Source: an uncultured delta proteobacterium (GTDB taxonomy: Bacteria; Myxococcota_A; Polyangia; Polyangiales; Polyangiaceae). From it: a stretch of DNA of 64,000 nt. The stretch spans positions 1,312,001 to 1,376,000 of the forward strand of contig CAWAIF010000003.1 of NCBI GenBank assembly GCA_963782055.1, given 5' to 3'. The notes under the pieces are model-generated. The model did no database searches. It worked only from the letters and a program-made list of their open reading frames with translations, and was not told the DNA's origin. The position numbers and the translations under genes were made by a program. Numbering within the stretch: position 1 is the first letter of the stretch; each line of letters opens with the position of its first letter. Of this stretch, positions 1 through 8,487 are shown piece by piece.

Positions 1-2
1 CC

Positions 3-1589
3 AACGGTGGTCTATCGTGCAATGCCGGGACACCACCCGTCCTCTATGGCGGAGCTCCGGCGAGCACGATCACCGACGTGGCGCTCGCCATGTCCAACTC
101 CTCGCGGCTCTACGCCGCCTTCGCCGGCCTCATCACCCAGCCCAATTGTCAGTTCTCTCAGAATCCTGAGTGTGACGACTTCGCAAATATCGATGCGACG
201 AGCACGCAGAGCTGGGGCGCCTGGACGGTCACCGTGCCGGCTATGCCCGGTCAACAACCGAAGCTCCACTCGGTGAATGGGCACGCGTGGGCCCTTGGTA
301 CGGATCCCTCCGGGACGCTGCTTTTGGTCGCCGGCGCCGGTCTCTGGCGAGGTACGGGGTGTGGTCCAACGAGCTGCACGGACTTCTATCAGGTCCCCCC
401 GGACTACGCCCCGTCGCCAAGCCACGCCGACTACCACGCGATCACCTGGGGCCAGGACGGCACAGTCTACGTCGTGAACGACGGAGGCATCTTCTCCTCC
501 TTCGACGGGGGAGCCACGTGGACCGATCCGATCAACAATCTTGGCGTGGCCAACGAGACGAGCGTCGATGTGCATCTGGACAACATCTTCGCGAACGCGT
601 GGGACGTCGGGGTCCAGGTGAGCCCGGACCAGGGCGCGACCTGGGTCGGCGGCCCCTTCGGTAACGATGAAGCGAAGTTGGCACACGGCGATGGCTTTCA
701 GGCGGTCGCAGACCTCAGCAGCACGACCGACGGCTTCTACTGCATGGGAACGGGCGACAAAAGGCGGATGTCGTGGGACGGCACGCAGCTCTGGGGCATC
801 GACAACGGACTGGCGCAAGCGGGTACGTGCCGGATGTCGACCAACCTGCTCGGAGATCTCTTCACGACCGGCACGGCGATGCAGAAGGCCGTTCTGCGCA
901 GCACGGACAAGGGGCAGACGTGGGCGCAGTACCTGGGCCTGCTACCCCAGGCGCCCTCATCGATCCTCGCAGCCGCCACCGAGTATCCGCCGACGGTCTA
1001 CGTCACGATGGGCACGAGCCTCCTGGACGTGTCCGTCACCGGTCAAAGCTGGGCACCTTTGACCCCTCCCTGGCCGCCAGGCTACACATTCGCAGAGTAC
1101 GACGGCGCCGCCGGAGCGGCGATGGCCATCGACCGCGCCACGAACGACCTGTACGTGTGCGGCGTCGATTCCAGCCGTACGAGCGCTCATGTGGACATGA
1201 GCCCTGCCAGCTCTCACGGGCAGACGTGGGTCCCATTGACGGGCCAGACAGCGGGTTCGCCCGGAATGCCCGGAATGCTCAAGAGCGACGAGAAGGTCCA
1301 GGCGGTGGGGGTGGACTCCAGCGCTCGCGTCGTCATCGTGTCGACCGACGGTGTGGCCGCCAACGCCAGCCCCAGCAGTGTGTACGGGGCGGCGACCATC
1401 TGGCGTCTGAACAACCGCGACGTGGCCGACGCGGACCATCACTGGCGCCCGTGGGTGAACGGCCTGCCCGTGGGCACCCAGGACATCAAGTCGATCTCCG
1501 GGGAATACGAAAATGGAGTCTATTACTTCTATGTGGCCACATGGGGCCGCGGGGTCTGGAAGCGGGAGGCGCGTGGTGGTGATCTTTGA
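3..1589 (+). CDS. Large secreted beta-propeller protein with BNR/Asp-box repeats (5' truncated by window edge)
   Basis: Frame open from base 3. Asp-box motifs SFDGGATW, SPDQGATW, STDKGQTW; DYHAI motif; C-terminal ATWGRGVW typical of VPS10/GH74-like propellers. Confidence 0.75.
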   Translation, partial: NGGLSCNAGTPPVLYGGAPASTITDVALAMSNSSRLYAAFAGLITQPNCQFSQNPECDDFANIDATSTQSWGAWTVTVPAMPGQQPKLHSVNGHAWALGTDPSGTLLLVAGAGLWRGTGCGPTSCTDFYQVPPDYAPSPSHADYHAITWGQDGTVYVVNDGGIFSSFDGGATWTDPINNLGVANETSVDVHLDNIFANAWDVGVQVSPDQGATWVGGPFGNDEAKLAHGDGFQAVADLSSTTDGFYCMGTGDKRRMSWDGTQLWGIDNGLAQAGTCRMSTNLLGDLFTTGTAMQKAVLRSTDKGQTWAQYLGLLPQAPSSILAAATEYPPTVYVTMGTSLLDVSVTGQSWAPLTPPWPPGYTFAEYDGAAGAAMAIDRATNDLYVCGVDSSRTSAHVDMSPASSHGQTWVPLTGQTAGSPGMPGMLKSDEKVQAVGVDSSARVVIVSTDGVAANASPSSVYGAATIWRLNNRDVADADHHWRPWVNGLPVGTQDIKSISGEYENGVYYFYVATWGRGVWKREARGGDL

Positions 1590-1950
1590 ACGCCTCTTCA
1601 TCGTGGTTGCTCTGTCGCTGGGCGTGGGGTGCGGGCGTACGGTCGACATAGAGGAGGCAGGCGGCCCGCCTCCCGATGTAGCGTTCTCCTGCCCTCACGA
1701 CTTCGACAATCCGGATGCCGGAGCGGAGCGGTGCCACTCCGCGACGCAGTTCTGCGTGCTGAGGTTCAGCGGCGTGATGGGCCAACCAAACCAGGGGTTC
1801 TGCGTGCCGCTCCCCGATGGGTGCGTGCCCGACTCGTGCGATTGCTTCACGGCCGACGGCGGGCTCCCTGGGTGGTCCTGCCATGGTTACGTGGACTGCC
1901 GCAACGACGATGGTGGGATCACCGTTCAAGCACCATCGCAATGCAACTGA
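1579..1950 (+). CDS. Small Cys-rich lipoprotein
   Basis: GGGAGG RBS at 1564-1569; GTG start (1576 or 1579); hydrophobic signal ending LGVGC; many Cys; overlaps upstream stop. Confidence 0.65.
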   Translation: MIFERLFIVVALSLGVGCGRTVDIEEAGGPPPDVAFSCPHDFDNPDAGAERCHSATQFCVLRFSGVMGQPNQGFCVPLPDGCVPDSCDCFTADGGLPGWSCHGYVDCRNDDGGITVQAPSQCN

Positions 1951-2336
1951 GCATGGTGCTTTGGAGGGACGCGGATCTGGAAGCGGGAGGCGCGCGGTGC
2001 TGGGCTTCCTGCATGGAAACCGAGAAGCCACCCAAAGAGCCAAAACGTCACATACGTGGAAAGGAGCATCGGAACAACCGATGAGTAGAGCGGCCACGGG
2101 GAAACATGATCGTGCAAGTCAAGGTCGTTCAGGGCTTTACATCCGGGGCCATCGAGGCAACCACGAAGTCCGAATGGTGCCCGTGGGGCGCAGAACGTCA
2201 AGTCTATCTCGGGGCGGGCGGGATCACGGTTCAAGTGCCATCGCAGTGCCGTGACCGCGCCGCTGACCCGCGGACGTCGGCGGCCCGCGCCGCCTCGGTC
2301 TCGTCCTCCGCCGGCGCCTCGGTCTATGCTCCCGGG

Positions 2337-3332
2337 GTGCTTCGCTTGGTCCGGTCGATCCTCGCCGCGCTACCCGCGGGCGTGCTCGCGCTCGCCGCGT
2401 GCTCGTCGGCGCCGGAGCCGATCCACCCCGCGGACGATCTCGCGCCGTACGACGACACCTTCGACGCGTCCTCCATCGTCGACGGGGTGGCGAGCTTCAC
2501 CGATCCCTTCTCCCTGCCGCTCGCGAGCGACGTGCAGACGTTTTTGAAGAAGACGCCGTACGACCGGCCCAGCTTCCTCGCCACGTACTCGTCCAACGGG
2601 GTCCGCGCCTCCGACGCCATCGCGGCGGCCGCGGTCGCCTACCAGATCAACCCGATGGTCTTCCTGGTGCGCGCGGAGGTGGACCAGGGGCTCGTCGCGG
2701 CGACGAGCTACCCCACGCCGGCGGCGCGCGTGGAGTACGCCTTCGGGTGCGGCTGCTCCGGCGGCGTGTGCGACGCCGCGTACGCCGGCTTCGACCGGCA
2801 GGTGGACTGCCTGGGGCGGACCCTGCGCGGCTACCTGGACCAGGCGTGCGGGGTGCCGCAGCAGACGCAGGGCGGGTGGGCCGCCGACAAGACGTCCACG
2901 TCCCTCGACGGCGTGCAGGTGACGCCGACGAGCGCCGCCACCGCGGTGCTCTACCAGTACGATCCGGTCGTCGGGCTGGGCGCGAGCGACAACTGGATGT
3001 TCTGGAACCTGTGGCTGAAGTACTCCGACTACATCGGCTACGGCGGCGCCTTCCCCGACACCTGGGTGGGCGACGCGTGCTGCGGCGACGCGACATGCAC
3101 CTTCGACGGCGCCACCTGCGCGGTCAACGTGCCGGGCGGCGCGTGCACCGCGGCCTGCGACGCCAGCACGCCGTGCCCCACCGATCCCAACCGCGCCGCG
3201 GTGTGCGCGAGCCTCGCCGGCCAGGGCTTCTGCTTGCTCGCGTGCAACCCCGGCGAGTGCAGGCCGGGCTACAAGTGCGCGGGCGTGAACGTGGTGGGCG
3301 GCGGCACCGCCAGCGCCTGCCTGCCGCAGTGA
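2337..3332 (+). CDS. Lipoprotein with putative lysozyme-like/cell-wall hydrolase domain and Cys-rich C-terminus
   Basis: Lipobox LALAAC; INPxVFLVRAEVDQGLV...AFGCGC...YAGFDRQV...ATAVLYQY pattern; Cys-rich tail. GTG 2337 preferred over ORF start 2106. Confidence 0.6.
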   Translation: MLRLVRSILAALPAGVLALAACSSAPEPIHPADDLAPYDDTFDASSIVDGVASFTDPFSLPLASDVQTFLKKTPYDRPSFLATYSSNGVRASDAIAAAAVAYQINPMVFLVRAEVDQGLVAATSYPTPAARVEYAFGCGCSGGVCDAAYAGFDRQVDCLGRTLRGYLDQACGVPQQTQGGWAADKTSTSLDGVQVTPTSAATAVLYQYDPVVGLGASDNWMFWNLWLKYSDYIGYGGAFPDTWVGDACCGDATCTFDGATCAVNVPGGACTAACDASTPCPTDPNRAAVCASLAGQGFCLLACNPGECRPGYKCAGVNVVGGGTASACLPQ

Positions 3333-3339
3333 GGCGCCT

Positions 3340-4428
3340 TCAGGGAGACACGACGAAGGCGAGGACGTCGACGGCGTCCACCGACACCTGCCCGGCGGCG
3401 AGCACCTCCTCGTCCGCCGGGGCGCGTGCGAGGCGCTCGCGCACGCGCAGGAAGCTCGGGATGTAGACGCACTCGCGGCCCAGGCCGGGGGCCTCGCCGT
3501 GGCTGCCGCGGAAGGCGCGCTCGGCGACGGCGACGGCCTCGGCGGGCGTCGCGCCGTGCTCGCGTCGGAGCAGTCGCACCACGTCGACGAAGGTGGCGCC
3601 CTCGCGCATCGCCCGGACGGCGAGGTGGCGGCGGCCGAGCTCGGCGCGGCGCGCGGCGTCGAGGAAGCCGGCGCGGTCCTCGTAGACGAGCGCGAGGCCC
3701 TCCTGATCGTCGGTGCCGCGCGCGGTGCCCGCGGCGAAGATGGCGAAGGGCGAGCGCGCCGCACGGGCGCGGGGCAGCGCGTGCGCGTGGACCTCGTGCA
3801 GCACGGTGCGCCGCGCGATCCGATCGGTCACGTCGCGCCCGCGCGCGACGTAGATGGTGCGCTCCCCCGTCGCGGCGAGCGCGGAGAGATCGCCGGTGAC
3901 CTCCACGGCGAAGTCCAGGCCCCGGTCGGCGAGCTCCCGACGCATCCGCGCGAGCAGCGAGCGCGGGTCGGCGGCGTCGCTGCGGACCGTGGCGGTCTCG
4001 TCGGGTGGCGCGTCGCCGGCGCCGGCCACCCACGCCCGCGCCAGCGTGTCGGTGCGCGCCGGATCGCCCGCGTCGAAGCGCTCGGCGGCGAGGGCGCCGA
4101 GCTCGTCGGTCCCCGCGGCGCTCATCAGCCGGGCCTCCAGCGCGAGCTCGCGCGCGCGGGCGAGGTGCAGGTCGACGAGCGGTCCGCGCTCGTCGCGCAG
4201 GCCGCGCTCGATCCCGGTGAGCCACCGCAGCAGCGGCCGCGCGTCGGGCGGCGTGCCGTACTCCCAGCGCGGCGCGCGCTCCCGGCCGCGCTCGGCCTCG
4301 CGCAGCAGCTCGGCCCGCTCCGCCGAGGCGTTGGACGCCGTCAGCGCTCCGAGGATGCGGACGCGTCGCGCCACCTCGAGCATGGCGCGGCCCGCTTCGT
4401 GAACGACGGGGGAAGGACCGGAAAGCAC
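3340..4428 (-). CDS. DUF1704 / QEGLA-motif metallocarboxypeptidase-like protein
   Basis: HEVHAH (HExxxH) plus DQEGLA. Start uncertain (GTG 4428 or ATG 4383). Confidence 0.75.
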   Translation of the reverse strand: MLSGPSPVVHEAGRAMLEVARRVRILGALTASNASAERAELLREAERGRERAPRWEYGTPPDARPLLRWLTGIERGLRDERGPLVDLHLARARELALEARLMSAAGTDELGALAAERFDAGDPARTDTLARAWVAGAGDAPPDETATVRSDAADPRSLLARMRRELADRGLDFAVEVTGDLSALAATGERTIYVARGRDVTDRIARRTVLHEVHAHALPRARAARSPFAIFAAGTARGTDDQEGLALVYEDRAGFLDAARRAELGRRHLAVRAMREGATFVDVVRLLRREHGATPAEAVAVAERAFRGSHGEAPGLGRECVYIPSFLRVRERLARAPADEEVLAAGQVSVDAVDVLAFVVSP

Positions 4429-4502
4429 GGCCCACGATGATAGGCCCAATTGGCCGTAGCCGAATGGTGGCCGTTCTACTAGCGTCCGGCGCGAGGCGCC
4501 GA

Positions 4503-5813
4503 GTGAAGAAAAATTACGTTCTCGACACCAACGTCATCCTCCACGATCCCCGGGCCATCTTCCGTTTCGAAGACAACGACGTGATCATCCCGATCTACGT
4601 CATCGAGGAGGTCGATCAGTTCAAGCGAGAGGGGACCGAGCGCGGCCGCAACGCGCGGCAGATCGCCCGCTTCCTCGACGACCTGCGGGAGAAGGGCGGC
4701 TCCCTCGCCAAGGGTGTGGCCCTCGACAGCGGCGGCAGTCTGCGCGTGGCGGTCCCCGCCAAGCGCCCCGAGCTGCCCAGCGCCATCGACCACGCGGCGA
4801 TGGACGCGGCGATCCTCCAGTGCGCGTTCGACGTGCGCGAGCAGGACGGCGGCCGCCCCACCGTGTTCGTCACGATGGACACCAACCTGCGCATCCGCGC
4901 CGACGCGCTCGGCATGGTCGCGCAGACCTACGAGAACATGCGCGTGGAGGCGGAGCGCCTCGACACCGGCGTCAAGGAGATCGAGCTGGACGGCAAGCGC
5001 ATCGACGAGTTCTTCGTCGAGGGGCGCCTCACCGTGGAGGGCACCGACGCCGTGCCCAACGTGTGCATCCTGCTGCGCGACCGCGACAACCCCTCGCACA
5101 CCGCGCTGGGCCGCTGGGACGCGACGCGCAAGGAGGTGATGGCGCTGCGCACCCCGCGCGAGGGGCTCATGGGCGTGCGCCCGCGCAACAAGGAGCAGAG
5201 CTACGCCATCGACCTGCTCCTGGACGAGAACATCCGCCTGGTCACCCTCGTCGGCAAGGCGGGCACCGGCAAGACGCTGCTGGCGCTCGCCGCCGGCCTC
5301 AAGAAGACCGTCGACGACGGCGTCTACACCCGCATGCTCGTCTCGCGCCCGGTGATGCCGCTCGGCCGCGACATCGGCTACCTGCCCGGGGACGTGGACG
5401 AGAAGCTCAACCCCTGGATGCAGCCCATCTTCGACAACCTGGAGTTCCTCTTCTCCGGCAGCACCCGCCGCGGGCCGCGCGCCTACGCCGAGCTGCTCGA
5501 CAGCGGGCAGATCCAGGTCGAGCCGCTCACCTACATCCGCGGGCGCTCGCTCCCGCAGCAGTTCATCATCGTCGACGAGGCGCAGAACCTCACGCCGCAC
5601 GAGGTGAAGACGATCATCACCCGCTCCGGCGACGGCACGAAGATCGTGCTCACCGGCGACCCTGGGCAGATCGACAACCCGTACGTCGACAGCGCGTCCA
5701 ACGGCCTCACCATCGCGGCGGACAAGTTCCGCGGGGAGAAGCTGGCCGGGCACATCGTGCTCGCGAAGGGCGAGCGGAGCGAGCTGGCGGAGCTCGCGGC
5801 CAACCTGCTGTAG
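4503..5813 (+). CDS. PIN-PhoH (PhoH2/YlaK-type) ATPase/RNase
   Basis: N-terminal PIN motif YVLDTNVILHDP; Walker A GKAGTGKT; RGRS, DEAQN and GDPGQID motifs. Confidence 0.93.
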   Translation: MKKNYVLDTNVILHDPRAIFRFEDNDVIIPIYVIEEVDQFKREGTERGRNARQIARFLDDLREKGGSLAKGVALDSGGSLRVAVPAKRPELPSAIDHAAMDAAILQCAFDVREQDGGRPTVFVTMDTNLRIRADALGMVAQTYENMRVEAERLDTGVKEIELDGKRIDEFFVEGRLTVEGTDAVPNVCILLRDRDNPSHTALGRWDATRKEVMALRTPREGLMGVRPRNKEQSYAIDLLLDENIRLVTLVGKAGTGKTLLALAAGLKKTVDDGVYTRMLVSRPVMPLGRDIGYLPGDVDEKLNPWMQPIFDNLEFLFSGSTRRGPRAYAELLDSGQIQVEPLTYIRGRSLPQQFIIVDEAQNLTPHEVKTIITRSGDGTKIVLTGDPGQIDNPYVDSASNGLTIAADKFRGEKLAGHIVLAKGERSELAELAANLL

Positions 5814-5845
5814 GCAGGCCCCCTCGACACGACCCGGAGTCGCGC

Positions 5846-5941
5846 GTGGACGTCGGCCTCTCGTACAAGCAAAAGCCCATCGTCGGCAGCTACGACGCCA
5901 TCGTGATCGGCTCGGGGGGCCGGGTGTGGTGCTCGACGTGA
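5846..5941 (+). pseudogene. N-terminal remnant of an FAD-dependent oxidoreductase (phytoene desaturase/retinol saturase-like)
   Basis: GGAG RBS, then VDVGLSYKQKPIVGSYDAIVIGSGG followed shortly by a stop; this is the first half of a Rossmann GxGxxG fingerprint. Confidence 0.55.
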
Positions 5942-6007
5942 TGCGACCCTAATTGGGGACCGGCGCGCCGACTTGCGGAGCCGACGCGGAGGGGGCAAAC
6001 CCTTCAC

Positions 6008-6439
6008 ATGAGGTGGCTCGCCCTGCTGCTGCTCGGGTGCATCGGGTGCACCTCGGTGGGCGTCACCGAGTCGCCGGCGCCGGGGGTGCGCCTGCCGCCG
6101 CGCGCAGGCAACGTGGCGATCTTCGCGAGCCACGCGCCCCGGAGCGCGACCGATCTGGGCGAGGTGGAGGTCCACGCCGACCGGGACGAGGGCACGGTGG
6201 AGCAGCTCTTTCCCCTCTTCGTGGAGCGCGTGGCGGCGATGGGGGGCGACGCCGCCGTCATCGACTCGGTGTACGCGCGCTTCGACATCGTGCCGCGGCC
6301 TTACTTCGACACCTTCACCTACCGCTGCGGCTTCGCGACGTGCGTGGGGCAGCAGAGCAACGTGTCCGCCGTGGAGGTGGTGACCCTGGTGATGCGCGGC
6401 CACGCCATGCGGCTCGCCCCCTCGGGAGGCGCGCGATGA
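6008..6439 (+). CDS. Small lipoprotein, YbjQ/dodecin-like fold possible
   Basis: Signal peptide LLLLGC; ERVAAMGGDAAV motif. Confidence 0.7.
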   Translation: MRWLALLLLGCIGCTSVGVTESPAPGVRLPPRAGNVAIFASHAPRSATDLGEVEVHADRDEGTVEQLFPLFVERVAAMGGDAAVIDSVYARFDIVPRPYFDTFTYRCGFATCVGQQSNVSAVEVVTLVMRGHAMRLAPSGGAR

Positions 6440-6792
6440 TCCGCCACCGTGCGGTCGCGCTTTTCGCCGCGGTGGTGCTCTGCGGCTGCGGTACCACCGA
6501 GCTGCACGAGGTGGTCTTCCGCACCGCGCCGCCCACCCGCGCCGCCTGCATGCCCATCTACGGGGCGGAGCAGTCGCTCCCCCGCCCGGCGGACGACATG
6601 GCGCTGCTGGAGGTGATCGCCACGGGCAACGCGATGTCGCGCGCGCACGTGGAGAAGACGCTGGCGGAGCGCGCCGCGCAGCTGGGGTGCGACGCGGTGG
6701 CGCGCGAGTCGGTGCAGCAGGGCGCGACCGTCATGCACGCCTACGGGGTGTGCGTGCACTGGTCGCCCGCCGGCTACGCCTCCGCTCGCTGA
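6436..6792 (+). CDS. Small lipoprotein, distant paralog of upstream gene
   Basis: ATGA overlap; signal VVLCGC; ERAAQLGCDAV motif. Confidence 0.7.
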   Translation: MIRHRAVALFAAVVLCGCGTTELHEVVFRTAPPTRAACMPIYGAEQSLPRPADDMALLEVIATGNAMSRAHVEKTLAERAAQLGCDAVARESVQQGATVMHAYGVCVHWSPAGYASAR

Positions 6793-6827
6793 TTGACGCT
6801 GCCCGGCGCAGGCGCCATCGTGCGCGC

Positions 6828-7775
6828 GTGGGTCCCCGCCGCGCCGCGCCGCTGGTCATACTGCTCGCCCTCGCGGCGGCCTCGCCGCTCGCCGCGCAGA
6901 CCGCCCGTCACCCGGCACGCGGCGCCACGGCGGGCGGACCGGGCGCGTCCTCGCACCCCGGCGCGGACCCGGGCGAAGGGGCGGAGGTGGGCGAGCCCGG
7001 GCGCCCGCCGGCGAGCAAGGCCGCGGCGCGCGGCTCGATCGTGCGCACCGTGGTCCCGGTGAAGGACGGCATGCTGCTCATCCCCGGCCAGCGCTTCACC
7101 ATGGGCTCCGGCAATCCGCGCGCCCCCTACAACGAGCGCCCGGCCCACCCGGCCCAGATCGCCCCCTTCTGGATGGACCGCACCGAGGTCACCGTGGGCG
7201 CGTACCGCGCGTGCGTGGACGCCGGCAAGTGCGCCCCCCCGGCGAAGAGCAGCCCGCTCTGCACCTGGGACATGGGCGACGACCAGCTGCCCGTCTCGTG
7301 CGTGCACTGGTCGGACGCCGACGACTACTGCCGCTTCGCCGGCAAGCGCCTCCCGCACGAGGCGGAGTGGGAGTTCGCGGCGCGGGGGCGGCGCGTGTTG
7401 CGCTACCCGTGGGGCGGCCGCGCCACCACCTGCGCCTACGCCACCACCCTGCTGCACGAGGCGACGGCGCGCGGCTGCGCGCGCAAGCCCTCTCGCGTGG
7501 GGACGCACCCCGCCGGCGCGAGCCCCTTCGGCGTGCTGGACCTCTCCGGCAACGTGGAGGAGTGGACGAGCGACTGGTACGTCGCGCGGGAGGCGAGCGG
7601 TGTCCGGCCGTCCTCCGGCTCGGCTCACGTGCTGCGCGGGGGCGGCTGGCTCTCCCCGCCTTCAGCCTCCCGGACCACCTCCCGGGACTGGGGCTCGGCC
7701 CTCGAAGCAGGCCCGAACGTGGGCTTCCGCTGCGCCCGGGATCCAGACGCCTCCGGGCCCTCCCCACCCAAGTAA
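6828..7775 (+). CDS. Formylglycine-generating enzyme (SUMF1/EgtB/PvdO) family secreted protein
   Basis: FTMGS, DRTEVT, RLPHEAEWEFAARG, DLSGNVEEW, RGGGW and GFRCA motifs; signal peptide. Confidence 0.9.
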   Translation: MGPRRAAPLVILLALAAASPLAAQTARHPARGATAGGPGASSHPGADPGEGAEVGEPGRPPASKAAARGSIVRTVVPVKDGMLLIPGQRFTMGSGNPRAPYNERPAHPAQIAPFWMDRTEVTVGAYRACVDAGKCAPPAKSSPLCTWDMGDDQLPVSCVHWSDADDYCRFAGKRLPHEAEWEFAARGRRVLRYPWGGRATTCAYATTLLHEATARGCARKPSRVGTHPAGASPFGVLDLSGNVEEWTSDWYVAREASGVRPSSGSAHVLRGGGWLSPPSASRTTSRDWGSALEAGPNVGFRCARDPDASGPSPPK

Positions 7776-7982
7776 AATTGGCCGGCGCCCCTCCCAGCGC
7801 GGGCCCTCCGGGGCGCGTCGGGCGTCGCCATTTGAAGCCATTCCTCCCGGAAGATGCCGCGCGGATGGGAGCCGCGATGCCGGGCCTCCGGGGGCCCGGG
7901 GGAATACGCCCCGCCCCCGCGAGTTGACGCAGTCGGCCGCAGAGACTATCCCTCCCGAGCTTTTTCCGGAGATTCCAACCAA

Positions 7983-8474
7983 GTGCATAGCCAGGCCCTG
8001 ATCACCCACGACGGTTCCACCCTCGCCTTTCTGGCGGCCCTCGAGCCCCCCGGCGCCAAGGAAGGGACCAACGCGGCGCCCCAGGGCGCGCCTCCGCCCC
8101 CCGCGGCCCCGGCAGGCGGCGCGACCACCCAGCAGGCGCCGAAGCAGCCGCCGCCCGGCCCCATGGGGATCCTGGCGTCGCCGCTGTTCATGCTGCTCAT
8201 CTTCGTGCCCTTCATCTGGCTCATGTTCCGGCGGAACAAGAAGGAGCAGGAGGCACGCTCCAAGCTGAAGAAGGGCGACCGGGTCGTGGGCGGCTCCGGC
8301 CTGGTGGGAGAGGTCGTGGACATGGACGAGCGCCTGGCGAAGGTGAAGATCGCCCCGGGCGTGACCGTGCAGATGATGGTCAGCTCCCTCTCCCCGCTCG
8401 AGGCGCCGCAGACCAAGCCGGAGCCGGGTCTCAAGGACCTGAAGGACGCCAAGGCGTCGGCAGACAAGAAGTGA
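7983..8474 (+). CDS. yajC: Preprotein translocase subunit YajC with Pro/Ala-rich N-terminal extension
   Basis: One TM, then LKKGDRVVGGSGLVGEV; lies upstream of secD/secF. Start uncertain. Confidence 0.88.
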   Translation: MHSQALITHDGSTLAFLAALEPPGAKEGTNAAPQGAPPPPAAPAGGATTQQAPKQPPPGPMGILASPLFMLLIFVPFIWLMFRRNKKEQEARSKLKKGDRVVGGSGLVGEVVDMDERLAKVKIAPGVTVQMMVSSLSPLEAPQTKPEPGLKDLKDAKASADKK

Positions 8475-8487
8475 CGCGGGCCGGGAC

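Noticed and set aside
2106..2336. Extended N-terminus of the 2337 lipoprotein
   Set aside because: It runs through the degenerate duplicate segment; the signal peptide begins at about 2337.
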